Source: an uncultured delta proteobacterium (lineage in GTDB: Bacteria > Myxococcota_A > Polyangia > Palsa-1104). Taken from it: DNA of 64,000 nt. The stretch is from assembly GCA_963785725.1 (NCBI GenBank), contig CAWAWS010000014.1:32001-96000 (forward strand), given 5' to 3'. Position numbers and translations under genes: made by a program. The notes under the pieces are model-generated. The model had not been told where the DNA came from, ran no database searches, and saw only the letters and a program-made list of their open reading frames with translations. Position 1 is the first letter of the stretch. The number at the start of each line of letters is the position of its first letter. Below are positions 1-8,802 of the stretch, one piece after another.

Positions 1-20
1 GCCCCACTAGGAGGGGATTT

Positions 21-275
21 ATGACCATCAAGGGAGCTGTCGTCGCGTCTGCAGTTGCTGGTATGTTCGCCGCCGCCGTGCCCGCCGTCGCTCACGCGAA
101 GGATGCCGGCAAGGTCAAGTGCTCGGGCACCAACAGCTGCAAGGGCAAGGGCGCCTGCAAGAGCGCCGCGAGCTCGTGTAAGGGTATGAACGAGTGCAAG
201 GGCAAGGGCTGGAACGAAATGTCCTCCGCCGATTGCACGAAGAAGGGCGGCACCGTCGTCACCGACGCGAAGTAA
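21..275 (+). CDS. Secreted Cys-rich RiPP precursor, bufferin BufA2-like (MNIO substrate)
   Basis: Signal peptide ending AHA|K; six Cys with repeated N-x-CKG(KG) motifs; GGAGGGG RBS at 10-16; directly upstream of DUF692 and DUF2063 genes. Confidence 0.85.
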   Translation: MTIKGAVVASAVAGMFAAAVPAVAHAKDAGKVKCSGTNSCKGKGACKSAASSCKGMNECKGKGWNEMSSADCTKKGGTVVTDAK

Positions 276-283
276 ATGCTGAT

Positions 284-324
284 GCCGTCAGCCGCGCGCG
301 GCTCGGTCGTGGGCGGCTGACGGC
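284..324 (+). terminator. 12-bp GC stem-loop between precursor and MNIO gene (partial terminator or RNA-stabilising hairpin)
   Basis: GCCGTCAGCCGC (284-295) pairs perfectly with GCGGCTGACGGC (313-324); only a short TTT follows. Confidence 0.6.
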
Positions 325-343
325 CGTTTCACCCAAATAAACC

Positions 344-1183
344 ATGCTGAATCTCCCCTATATCGGCCACGGCCTCGGGTTGCGGACGCCGCATTACACG
401 ACGATCGTCGACGACAAGCCGGCGGTGGATTGGTTCGAGGTCATCAGCGAGAACTTCATGGTCGCCGGTGGCAATCCTCGCCGCGTCCTGCGTGCGGTAC
501 GCGAGAATCATCCGGTCGTGCTGCACGGCGTGTCGCTGTCGATCGGCTCGGTCGATCCGCTCGATGCGCGCTATCTCGACGAGCTGGCGCAGCTGGCGCA
601 CGAAGTCGAGCCGGCGTGGGTGTCCGATCATTTGTGCTGGACCCGCGTCGGCGGCCACCAATCGCACGACCTCTTGCCGCTGCCGTACACGGAAGAGGCG
701 CTGGCGCACGTCGCCGATCGCATCTTGCGCGTCCAGGACAAGCTCAAGCGCCAGATCTTGATCGAGAACGTCTCCAGTTACGTCACTTTTACGCAAAGTA
801 CGATGACCGAGTGGGAGTTCTGCGCGGCGCTGGTCGAGCGCGCCGATTGCGGCCTCTTGCTCGACGTCAACAACGTCTTCGTCAGCGCCTTCAATCACGG
901 CTTCGACGCGCGCGACTTCATCGACGGCATTCCGCGCGGCCGCGTCGGCCAAGTCCACCTCGCGGGCCACTCCGACTGCGGCACGCACCTGCTCGACACG
1001 CACGATCACGCGGTCTGCGACGGCGTGTGGCAGCTCTACCGCCGCGTGCTCGAGCGCTTCGGCCGCGTGTCGACGCTCGTCGAGTGGGACGATTCGATTC
1101 CGCCGTTCGCCGAGCTGCAGGCCGAGTCGAAGAAGGCGGCCGAGCTCGAACGCCAAGTCTTGGGTGACGTCGTTGCTGCGTGA
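344..1183 (+). CDS. DUF692 multinuclear non-heme iron oxidase (MNIO, BufB-like)
   Basis: Motifs GLGLR, FEVISENF, LHGVSLSIG, SDHLCW, IENVSSY, LLLDVNN, HLAGH, LDTH, VEWD. Confidence 0.95.
   Translation: MLNLPYIGHGLGLRTPHYTTIVDDKPAVDWFEVISENFMVAGGNPRRVLRAVRENHPVVLHGVSLSIGSVDPLDARYLDELAQLAHEVEPAWVSDHLCWTRVGGHQSHDLLPLPYTEEALAHVADRILRVQDKLKRQILIENVSSYVTFTQSTMTEWEFCAALVERADCGLLLDVNNVFVSAFNHGFDARDFIDGIPRGRVGQVHLAGHSDCGTHLLDTHDHAVCDGVWQLYRRVLERFGRVSTLVEWDDSIPPFAELQAESKKAAELERQVLGDVVAA
777..797. promoter_or_regulatory. NrtR-type operator inside the DUF692 gene
   Basis: GTTACGTCACTTTTACGCAAA; GT-N7-AC core; encoded by rare codons AGT TAC GTC ACT TTT ACG CAA AGT. Confidence 0.6.
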
Positions 1184-2090
1184 GACCGAGCAGCTGTTCT
1201 GGAAGCTGATCAGCGCGCCCGAAGGCGTCGCGTCGGCTTTGCGTCAAGATGACAATAAGTCGCTCGTGCTCGGCGACGTCTTGCGCGGCGACGAGCGGCT
1301 CGATGCGGTCGAGCGGCTCGACATTTACGCCAACATGTACTTCTACCGGCTGCTCGACATCTTGCGCGCCGATTACGAGGCGGTGTTGGCGGCGGTCGGC
1401 GACACGGCCTTTCACAACCTCGTCACCGACTATCTGCTCGTGTGTCCGTCGCAGCATCCGTCGGTGCGCAACGTCGGGCAGCGCCTGCCGCAGTTCCTCG
1501 ACGGTCACGCGCTCGGCATCGAGCGGCCGTGGCTGGGCGAATTGGCGCGGCTCGAGCGCGCGCGGCTCGAAGTGTTCGACGGGCCCGACGCCGAGACGCT
1601 CGTGCTCGACGAGCTGCGCACGTTGGCGCCGGAAGCGTTCGTCACGCTGAAGCTGCCGCTCATTCCCAACCGAATTCGCGTAGAAGCGACCCACGCCGTC
1701 GACGACTTCTGGCGCGCCGTCGAAGCCCGAACGTCGGCGAGCAGTGAAGATGGCGCGTCGGCGAGCGGTGAAGATGGCGCCGTCGCGAGCGGTGAAGATG
1801 GCGCGTCGGCGAGCGGTGAAGATGGCGCGTCGGCGAGCAGGGAAGTCGCGCTGACCGCACCCACCGCCGAGGCGCGCGTCATGCTCGTCTGGCGTCACGA
1901 GCTGCTCGTATTTCACCGACCGCTCGAGCCGCTCGAGGATGCGGCGCTGGCGCGCGCCGCCGCCGGCGCGACGTTCGGCGCCGTGTGCGATCTCGTCAGC
2001 GAGCACATGTCGATGGAAGAGGCCGGCCCCTTCGCGTTCCAGCTGCTCGCGCGTTGGGTGCAAGACGGCCTGATCGCGCGCTCGCCGTAG
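1164..2090 (+). CDS. DUF2063 (BufC/HvfC-like) MNIO partner protein
   Basis: ERLDIYANMYFYRLLDIL and ELARLERAR motifs; overlaps the end of the DUF692 gene. Confidence 0.88.
   Translation: MTSLLRETEQLFWKLISAPEGVASALRQDDNKSLVLGDVLRGDERLDAVERLDIYANMYFYRLLDILRADYEAVLAAVGDTAFHNLVTDYLLVCPSQHPSVRNVGQRLPQFLDGHALGIERPWLGELARLERARLEVFDGPDAETLVLDELRTLAPEAFVTLKLPLIPNRIRVEATHAVDDFWRAVEARTSASSEDGASASGEDGAVASGEDGASASGEDGASASREVALTAPTAEARVMLVWRHELLVFHRPLEPLEDAALARAAAGATFGAVCDLVSEHMSMEEAGPFAFQLLARWVQDGLIARSP
1238..1258. promoter_or_regulatory. NrtR-type operator inside the DUF2063 gene
   Basis: TTTGCGTCAAGATGACAATAA followed by GTCG; the ACAATAAGTCG end is identical to the three intergenic sites. Confidence 0.65.
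1731..1845 (+). repeat. In-frame 24-bp tandem repeat (about 4.8 units) encoding ASASGEDG
   Basis: Unit GCGTCGGCGAGCGGTGAAGATGGC or close variants at 1731, 1755, 1779, 1803, partial at 1827. Confidence 0.95.
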
Positions 2091-2110
2091 TTACGTCGTT
2101 CGGACAATAA
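2090..2110. promoter_or_regulatory. NrtR operator upstream of nrtR
   Basis: GTTACGTCGTTCGGACAATAA; GT-N7-AC core; intergenic. Confidence 0.7.
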
Positions 2111-2220
2111 GTCGCCGACAAATTCGGCGAACGTGCACGGCCGTCGTCGTGACGGCGTTTCGCACGATCCGTTGCCGGCGATTGCGGATTTCTCGCGTGA
2201 CCTGTGCGAGCATACACGCG

Positions 2221-2949
2221 ATGGATCCGACAGAATCGGGACCGAGATCACGTCAGAATGACGGAACCGAGCGCGTCGTCGCCGGTTACCAGCGCGGCCG
2301 CGGCGAGGCGCACGGGGCGCGCGGCTCGCGCGAGGCGATGGGTGTGGCCGTCGATCTGGCCATTTTCACCGTGCAGGAGCAGCGGCTCGAGCTGCTGCTC
2401 ATTCGCATGAAGCGCGAGCCCTTCACCGGCAAGTGGGCGCTGCCGGGCGGCCGCATTCGCGGCAACGAGACCGTCGAAGCGGCGGCCGAGCGCGAGCTGC
2501 GCGAGAAGACCGGCCTGCGCGACGTCTACTTGGAGCAGCTGTATACGTTCTCGGAGCCGTTCCGCGATCCCGACGCGCGCTGCATCTCCGTCGGACACAT
2601 GGCGCTCATTCGCGGCGACGTGCAGCTGTCGACGACCGACAAATACACGGGAATCGGCTGGTTTCCGCTGGCCAAGCTGCCGCCGCTGGCCTTCGATCAC
2701 GAGCAGATCGCCAAGTATGCGGCCAAGCGCCTGCGCGCCAAGCTGGAGTACACCGACGTGGCGCGCAATCTCTTGGAGAAGACGTTCACGCTCGGCGAGC
2801 TGCAGCGGCTGTACGAGACGATCTTGGGCACGAAGCTCGACGCCCGTAACTTCCAGCGGCGCGCGCAAGCGATCGGGCTCGTCAAGGATACCGGGCGCGT
2901 GCGGCGCGGGCAGGCCTATCGACCGGCGCGCCTCTTCCGGTTCGCTTGA
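2221..2949 (+). CDS. nrtR: NrtR-family Nudix + winged-helix transcriptional regulator (start 2221 or 2338)
   Basis: VAVDLAIF, WALPGG, Nudix box ERELREKTGL, LEQLYTF, RDP, LAFDH, FTLGELQRLYETILG, NFQR, RPARLFRF; next to NAD salvage genes. Confidence 0.92.
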   Translation: MDPTESGPRSRQNDGTERVVAGYQRGRGEAHGARGSREAMGVAVDLAIFTVQEQRLELLLIRMKREPFTGKWALPGGRIRGNETVEAAAERELREKTGLRDVYLEQLYTFSEPFRDPDARCISVGHMALIRGDVQLSTTDKYTGIGWFPLAKLPPLAFDHEQIAKYAAKRLRAKLEYTDVARNLLEKTFTLGELQRLYETILGTKLDARNFQRRAQAIGLVKDTGRVRRGQAYRPARLFRFA

Positions 2950-2955
2950 CGATAC

Positions 2956-2976
2956 TTATTGTCACTCTTACAATAA
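2956..2976. promoter_or_regulatory. NrtR operator upstream of pncA
   Basis: ACTTATTGT-CACTCTT-ACAATAAGT with perfect 9-bp arms (2954-2978). Confidence 0.85.
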
Positions 2977-2994
2977 GTCGCACGAGGTAACAGC

Positions 2995-3570
2995 ATGCGG
3001 ATCGACTCGCACAGCGACGCCCTGATCATCGTGGATCTGCAGCCGGACTTCATGCCCGGCGGCGCGCTGGCCGTGGCCGAAGGCGATCGCGTGGCCGCGC
3101 CAATCGCCCAGCTGGCGCGCCGTTTCTCGACGGTGATCGCGACGCAGGACTGGCATCCGGCGGGGCACGTGTCGTTCGTCGAGCGCGGCGGGCCGTGGCC
3201 GATTCACTGCCGCGCCGGCAGCCCGGGCGCGGCCTTGCACGAGCTGCTGCCGGACGAGCTGGTTACGTCAATTCTACGTAAAGGTACGCGCCTCGACGTC
3301 GACTCTTACAGCGCGTTCGCCGAGAACGACGGCGCCAGCACCGGCCTGGGCGCGTTCTTGCGCGCGCGCGGCGTCTCGCGCGTGTTCGTGTGCGGCTTGG
3401 CGCGCGACTTCTGCGTGCGCGCGACGGCCGTCGACGGCGCTGCCGAAAAGCTCGAGGTCTACGTGCTCGACGACCTGACGCGCGCCGTCGACCCGGCCTC
3501 ACGCGCGCGCGTCGACGCCGAGCTGACGAGCCACGGGGTGCGCGTCATCGACAGCGGCGTGCTGCAGTGA
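2995..3570 (+). CDS. pncA: Nicotinamidase/pyrazinamidase
   Basis: IVDLQPDF, TQDWHP, WPIHC, LRKG, DSYSAF, GLARDFCV. Confidence 0.95.
   Translation: MRIDSHSDALIIVDLQPDFMPGGALAVAEGDRVAAPIAQLARRFSTVIATQDWHPAGHVSFVERGGPWPIHCRAGSPGAALHELLPDELVTSILRKGTRLDVDSYSAFAENDGASTGLGAFLRARGVSRVFVCGLARDFCVRATAVDGAAEKLEVYVLDDLTRAVDPASRARVDAELTSHGVRVIDSGVLQ
3262..3282. promoter_or_regulatory. NrtR-type operator inside pncA
   Basis: G-TTACGT-CAATTCT-ACGTAA-A with perfect 6-bp arms; rare codons GTT ACG TCA ATT CTA CGT AAA GGT. Confidence 0.7.
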
Positions 3571-3679
3571 GCGCGCGGTCGACGGTCAGCCTGCGCGACG
3601 ACGCGCGAGCTCTTACGGCGCCGCGCGTTTGCGGCGGGTTTTCTATGGGTACAGGCACAGGTAACGGCGCGGAGACGAC

Positions 3680-5101
3680 ATGAGCTTGGATACGTTGACG
3701 GTCGATGCCTATCAGCTGACGACGCTCATCGCGCATGCCGACGCCGGGCGGGCGGCGGCCTTGGTCGAGATGGCGTTCTTCTTCCGTAAGATGCCGCGCC
3801 ACCGTAACTTCGTGCTCTTTTGCGGGCTGCGCTCGCTGCTCGAGCATGCGGCGGCGATGCAGCTCGACGACGGCGACCTGCAGGCGCTGCTCGACGATCC
3901 GCTGATCGGCCCGCCGTTGCGTGAGCGGCCGCAACTGTTGGCGCAGCTGCGCGCGCTCGACGGCTTCGCAGGCGAGATCGACGCCATCCCCGAAGGCACG
4001 CCGGCGTTCGCGGGCCCGTCGCTGCGCAGCGACGGCCAGCCGTTTCTCGTCGGGGAGACGCGCATCGGGATTTATACGCCGCTGTTGCAGGTGCGGACGG
4101 ATCTCTTGCGCGCGAAGCTGATCGAGACGCCGTGGCTCGGGCGCATCAATCACATGAGCATGGTGGCGTCGAAGGCGGCGCGCATCGTGCTGGCGGCGGC
4201 GGGCAAGCCGGTGCTCGAGTTCGGCGCGCGGCGCACGCATCCGGCCGCCGCCGTCGACGCCACCTATTCCGCGTATCTGGCGGGCTGCGCCGCGTCGTCG
4301 AACCTGGCGGCGCTGCGCCGCTACGGCGTGCCGGTGCAGGGCACGATGGACCATTTTTACGTGCAGTCGTCGGAGCACGTCGGCGAGCAGTGGCCGGACA
4401 GCGAGCGCGAGGCGTTCGCGCGCTTCTTCAGCGTTTTCCCGCGCAACTCGACGATGCTCGTCGACACTTACGAGACCGAGCTCGGCATTCGTCACGCCGT
4501 CGAGGCGACGGGCGGCAAGCTGACCGGCGTGCGCCTCGACTCCAACGTCACGCCGGCGACGGTGGCGCGCGCGCGCCAGCTGCTCGCCGAGCTCGGCGCG
4601 CCGCAGGCGAAGATCATCGTCAGCGACGGGCTCGACGAGGAGCGCGTGGCTGGGCTCAGCAGCGGCGTCGACGGCTTCGGCGTGGGCGAGAACATCACCT
4701 GCTCGCCCGACGCGGCCGCGGGCGTCGGCGCGGTCGCCAAGCTCACCGTCAACGGCTACGGAAAGCTGACGATGAAGCTGGCGCGCGGCACGGGAAAAGC
4801 GACACTTCCCGGCCGCTTGCAAGTCTACCGCTTCAGCGATCACGATCTGGTGGCGCTCGCCGATGAGGCGGTTCCGTCGGGCGGGCGGGCGCTCTTGCAG
4901 CCGGTGTGGCGCGGTCGTCAGGCGCTGCCGCAGCCGAAGCTGCCGGCGAGCCGCGAGTACGCGCAGGCCGAGATCGCCGCGCTGCCGGCGCCGTTGCGCG
5001 CGCTGGCGACGCCGGCGCCGGGCGCCGCGCCGCTGTGGCCGCTCGTCGCCAGCGACGGCTTGGCCGCGCAAGTCGAGCGCTTCATGACCGCGACGGTATG
5101 A
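3680..5101 (+). CDS. pncB: Nicotinate phosphoribosyltransferase
   Basis: DAYQLT, FFFRK, EFGARR, GTMDH, LVDTY, VRLDS, SDGLDE, GFGVG. Confidence 0.9.
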   Translation: MSLDTLTVDAYQLTTLIAHADAGRAAALVEMAFFFRKMPRHRNFVLFCGLRSLLEHAAAMQLDDGDLQALLDDPLIGPPLRERPQLLAQLRALDGFAGEIDAIPEGTPAFAGPSLRSDGQPFLVGETRIGIYTPLLQVRTDLLRAKLIETPWLGRINHMSMVASKAARIVLAAAGKPVLEFGARRTHPAAAVDATYSAYLAGCAASSNLAALRRYGVPVQGTMDHFYVQSSEHVGEQWPDSEREAFARFFSVFPRNSTMLVDTYETELGIRHAVEATGGKLTGVRLDSNVTPATVARARQLLAELGAPQAKIIVSDGLDEERVAGLSSGVDGFGVGENITCSPDAAAGVGAVAKLTVNGYGKLTMKLARGTGKATLPGRLQVYRFSDHDLVALADEAVPSGGRALLQPVWRGRQALPQPKLPASREYAQAEIAALPAPLRALATPAPGAAPLWPLVASDGLAAQVERFMTATV

Positions 5102-5123
5102 GGATGGACGAGCGTCTGAAATG

Positions 5124-5144
5124 GTTACGTCATATGTACAATAA
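5124..5144. promoter_or_regulatory. NrtR operator upstream of nadE
   Basis: GTTACGTCATATGTACAATAA, ending 12 nt before the nadE ATG. Confidence 0.8.
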
Positions 5145-5156
5145 GTCGAGGCAGCG

Positions 5157-7043
5157 ATGAGGCTCATCCGAATCGCGCTGGGCAACGTCAACACCACCGT
5201 CGGCGCCGTGCGGTCGAACGTCGATCGCGCCGTCGAGCTCGCGCACGCCGCGGCCAAGGACAACGCGACGCTGGTGGCGTTCCCCGAGCAGCTCGTCTCC
5301 GGCTACGCGCCCGAGGATTTGGTGCAGTGGCGCAGCTTCGTCGACGCGCAGTGGGTCGAGCTCGAGCGCTTCGCGGCGGCGACGAAGGCGCTCGGCTGCG
5401 TGCTCGTGCCGGGCGTGACCGTGGCGCGCGGCGACGGCGTCTACAACTGCGCCGCGCTCGTGCATCGCGGCCGCATCTACGGCTTGGTGCCGAAGGAAAA
5501 GCTGCCCACCTACAACGTCTTTTACGAGGGGCGCACGTTCTCGCGCGGCGTTCCCGGCCTGCACGACCAACTGCACGGCGTCCCGTTCGGCGATCTCGTG
5601 TTCGACCTCGACTTCGGCTGCCTCGCGCTCGAGGTGTGCGAGGACATCTGGTCGCCCGACGGTCCGATGCGCCGGCGCTGCTACGCGGGCGCCGAGCTCG
5701 TCGTCAACATCAGCGCGTCGCCGTACCGACTCGGCGTCTACGACACGCGGCGCGAGATGATCTCGACCCGCGCCGGCGACAACCAATGCGTCGTCGCCTA
5801 CGCGACGCTCGTCGGCGCCAACGACGGGCTCATCTTCGACGGCGGCGGCTTCATCGCGCAGAACGGCCGGCTCGTGCACTCGGCGCCGCGCTTCGTCGAA
5901 GGCATCACGGCGGCGACGGTCGATCTCGATCGCACGGCGCGGCTGCGGCGCGAGATCACGACCTGGCGCACCGATCAGGCGACGTTCGCGGCCAGCGCGC
6001 CGGCGATACTTCATGTCAAAGTGACGGAACCAACGAGCGGCCGCGAGGCGCTGCGTTATCCGGCGCCGCCGCAGCAGAGCTTCTTCCTGCCTGCACCCGA
6101 TCAGCCGCGCTCGCGTCGCGCCGAGTTCTGCAACGAGCTGCTCGACGCGCTGGCGCTGGGCGTCGGCGACTACTTCGAGAAGACCGGCGGCGTTCAAGAC
6201 GATCGGCGTGGCGCTGTCGGGTGGGCGCGACTCGCTGCTCGTGCTCATCATCGCGCATCGCTGGGCGCGTGCGCAGCGGGCGCGAAGCCGCGCGACGTCC
6301 TGCGCGCGTTCTTCATGCCGTCGCGCTTCTCGTCGGCGGAGACGCGCTTGGCGGCGGAGGTGGCGGCGCGCGAGCTCGACGTGCCGCTGCAGATCGTGGC
6401 TGTCGACGAGTCGTTCGCGCAGGAGCTGGCCGCCGTCGAGCAGATGCTGCAGCCGGGCGAGAAGCTGACGCCGATGGCGCGGCAGAACGCTGCAGGCGCG
6501 CGTGCGCGCCGAGCGCATGTGGAATTGGTCGAACTGCGCGGCCGGGCTGTTCTTGCAGACGCGCAACATGAGCGAGAAGGCGGTCGGCTACACGCACCAT
6601 CGGCGGCGACGGCGAGGGCGCGCTGGCGGTGATCGCGAACCTGCCGAAGACGGTCGTCAACTACCTGCTCGACTATCTTGTACGAAGACATAACTGGGAA
6701 GGCATTCGACTGACGCTGGTCAAGCCCGCTTCGGCCGAGCTCGCGGACGACATGGAGGACGAGAAGGATCTGATGCCGTTCCCCGTGCTCGACGCCTGCT
6801 TCGCGCTCTACGCCGGCGAGAAGATGGCGCCCGAGCGAGGTGGAGATGGCGCTCGTGGCGATGTTCCCCGAGCACGCGCCGGAGACGCTGCGCGCGTGGA
6901 CGACGAAGTTCGCGCGGCTGTTCACGCAGTCGATTTACAAGTGGGTGCAGGCGCCGCTGTCGCTGCACGTCGGCAACCTCGACCTCGATCGCGAGCGCGC
7001 GCTGCAGCTGCCGGTCGTGCAGCGCACGGAGTGGCAGAAGTAG
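5157..7043 (+). CDS. nadE: Glutamine-dependent NAD+ synthetase; frame broken by about 5 indels near 6190, 6275, 6490, 6595 and 6835 (probably sequencing errors)
   Basis: Nitrilase-like domain (FPE, KEKLPTY, VCEDIW) then synthetase motifs LSGGRDS, NMSEKAVGY, PASAEL and IYKWVQAP found in successive frames. Confidence 0.9.
6010..6030. promoter_or_regulatory. NrtR-type operator inside nadE (reverse orientation)
   Basis: Reverse complement GTTCCGTCACTTTGACATGAA(GT) resembles the 777 site; rare codons ATA CTT CAT GTC AAA. Confidence 0.55.
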
Positions 7044-7140
7044 GCTTTTACGTAGGTTGTCGCTATCGCGTCGCCGAATGTGCCAGAAATTGTCGGGGAT
7101 CGCACGGTCGCCGTGGATGTGGCGTGGCACAGTACGGGAA

Positions 7141-7731
7141 ATGTCGGAACTGTTCCGTGCCCGCGCGGGCGTCGTGCACTCGCTCATGAACGTGCTGAAC
7201 AAGCAGCCGACGGAGAAGACGCAACAGCTGCTGACGAAGCTGAGCGGCGGGCCTGTCGACAAGATTGTGCGCCTGCCCGGAATCGGCTGGGTCGACGAGG
7301 CCGACTTCATGGGCATCATCGACGTCTGCCATCGCGAGCTCGGCGATATCGAATATTCGCGCGTCATTCACGCGGCCAGCATGGTGATGTTGAAGACCGG
7401 CATCGTGCGCGCGGCGCGGGCGGCGTCGGATGTGTTCGTCAAAGCCAGCGTCGGCGGCTACGCGCGCTGGACACCGCGCATCTGGAACCTCTGTTTCCAA
7501 GGGCTGCAGCTCGAATATGTCGATCGCACGGACGATACGATCCGCATGCATCTGAAGCAGCCGCCGGCGGGGAGGTTCACGCGGTCGATCGTGCTCGGCG
7601 CGGCGGGGATCGTGCAGTCGGTGTTTACGCTGGCGAAAAAGCCGGGCACGGTGACGCCGGCGCCGTTCCGCGAGCGCGACGAGCGCGTCGTCCTGCTGCT
7701 GCAGAAGGAATCGATCGCGCGCAGCGCGTGA
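7141..7731 (+). CDS. Hypothetical protein, possibly DUF2378/TIGR02265-like
   Basis: GC-biased ORF with an architecture similar to 21034-21621; start uncertain. Confidence 0.55.
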   Translation: MSELFRARAGVVHSLMNVLNKQPTEKTQQLLTKLSGGPVDKIVRLPGIGWVDEADFMGIIDVCHRELGDIEYSRVIHAASMVMLKTGIVRAARAASDVFVKASVGGYARWTPRIWNLCFQGLQLEYVDRTDDTIRMHLKQPPAGRFTRSIVLGAAGIVQSVFTLAKKPGTVTPAPFRERDERVVLLLQKESIARSA

Positions 7732-7749
7732 AAACCGCGGATTAATCGG

Positions 7750-8715
7750 TTAGTACGGGTTGCGAACCCAGCGGTGCGGGCGGAGCGCGGCCAGCGTCTC
7801 GGGCGATAGCGGGCCTTCGTCGCCGACGGCGGTGTTCTCGTCGACTTGCGCCGCCGAGCGCATGCCCGGGATGACCGTCGTGACGGCCGGGCTCGATAGG
7901 CAGTAGCGAAGCGCGCCGCGCGCCATCGTCTGGGCCGCGCCTTCGACGATCGGCCGCATCGCCTCGACGCGGCGCACGGTCTCGCCGAGCAGCTTGCCGC
8001 CGAAATATTGCGCGCGGAAATCGCCGGCGGGAAACGTGGTGTCATCGCGCAGCTTGCCGGTGAGGCTGCCTTCGTCGAACGGGACGCGCGCCAAGACGCC
8101 GACGCCGTGCTCGACGCAGGCCGGGAAGAGCTCGTCCTCGGGCGACTGATCGAAGATGTTGTGGAAGACCTGCAGCGCGTCGACGCGGCCCGATTTGACG
8201 ACGCGCACGGCCGATCTCGGGTCATGCGAGTTGATGGAGATGCCGATGAGCCCGATCTTGCCCGCCTGGCGCAGCTTGTCGACGGCGCCGAACCACTCGT
8301 CGTCGTCGGTCCAAGCGTCGGCCCACACGTGCAGCTGTAGGAGCTCGATGCGCTCGAGGCCGAGGTTGGCGAGGCTCTTGTCGGTGCACTCGACGATCCA
8401 CGCCGCCGGGAAGAAGTCGCGCAGCGGCGAGCCCGGTTTCGCCGGCCATTGATAGGATTTCGGCGGCACTTTGGTGGCGACGTGCAGCCGGTCTTTGTGC
8501 GCGCGCGCGAATTCGCCGACGAGCTTTTCCGAGTGGCCGTCGCCGTAAACGAGCGCGGTGTCGACGAAGTTGACGCCGTGATCGAAGGCGCGGGCGAGCG
8601 CCGAGCGCGCGTCGTCGTCGCGGCGACCACCCCACATGCCGCCGCCGATGGCCCACGAGCCGAAGCCGACGACGGAGATTTCGGGACCGTTCTTGCCGAG
8701 CTTGCGATAGCGCAT
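7750..8715 (-). CDS. Aldo/keto reductase
   Basis: MRYRKLG, GFGSWAIGG, DTALVYGDG, ATKV, LLQLH, VIPG. Confidence 0.93.
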   Translation of the reverse strand: MRYRKLGKNGPEISVVGFGSWAIGGGMWGGRRDDDARSALARAFDHGVNFVDTALVYGDGHSEKLVGEFARAHKDRLHVATKVPPKSYQWPAKPGSPLRDFFPAAWIVECTDKSLANLGLERIELLQLHVWADAWTDDDEWFGAVDKLRQAGKIGLIGISINSHDPRSAVRVVKSGRVDALQVFHNIFDQSPEDELFPACVEHGVGVLARVPFDEGSLTGKLRDDTTFPAGDFRAQYFGGKLLGETVRRVEAMRPIVEGAAQTMARGALRYCLSSPAVTTVIPGMRSAAQVDENTAVGDEGPLSPETLAALRPHRWVRNPY

Positions 8716-8802
8716 GCCGACAGCTAATCGCGATTCGGGCGCACACGCAATCGCGCGCGAAACGAAATTCAAATCGCGTAATAACCGGTTTATTGTGCGC
8801 GC

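Noticed and set aside
1731..1845. CRISPR array
   Set aside because: Units are contiguous with no unique spacers, lie in frame within a gene, and no cas genes are present
777..6030. Operator array read as parS sites or a dispersed CRISPR
   Set aside because: No match to the TGTTTCACGTGAAACA parS consensus, irregular spacing, and a fit to the GT-N7-AC motif of the adjacent NrtR
6180..6845. Programmed frameshifting or pseudogenisation of nadE
   Set aside because: About five scattered single-base indels, no slippery motif, and conserved motifs and operators intact; long-read error is the simpler explanation (needs a read check)
7048..7068. Additional NrtR site after nadE (TTTACGTAGGTTGTCGCTATC)
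   Set aside because: Only the left half-site matches; the AC of the core is missing
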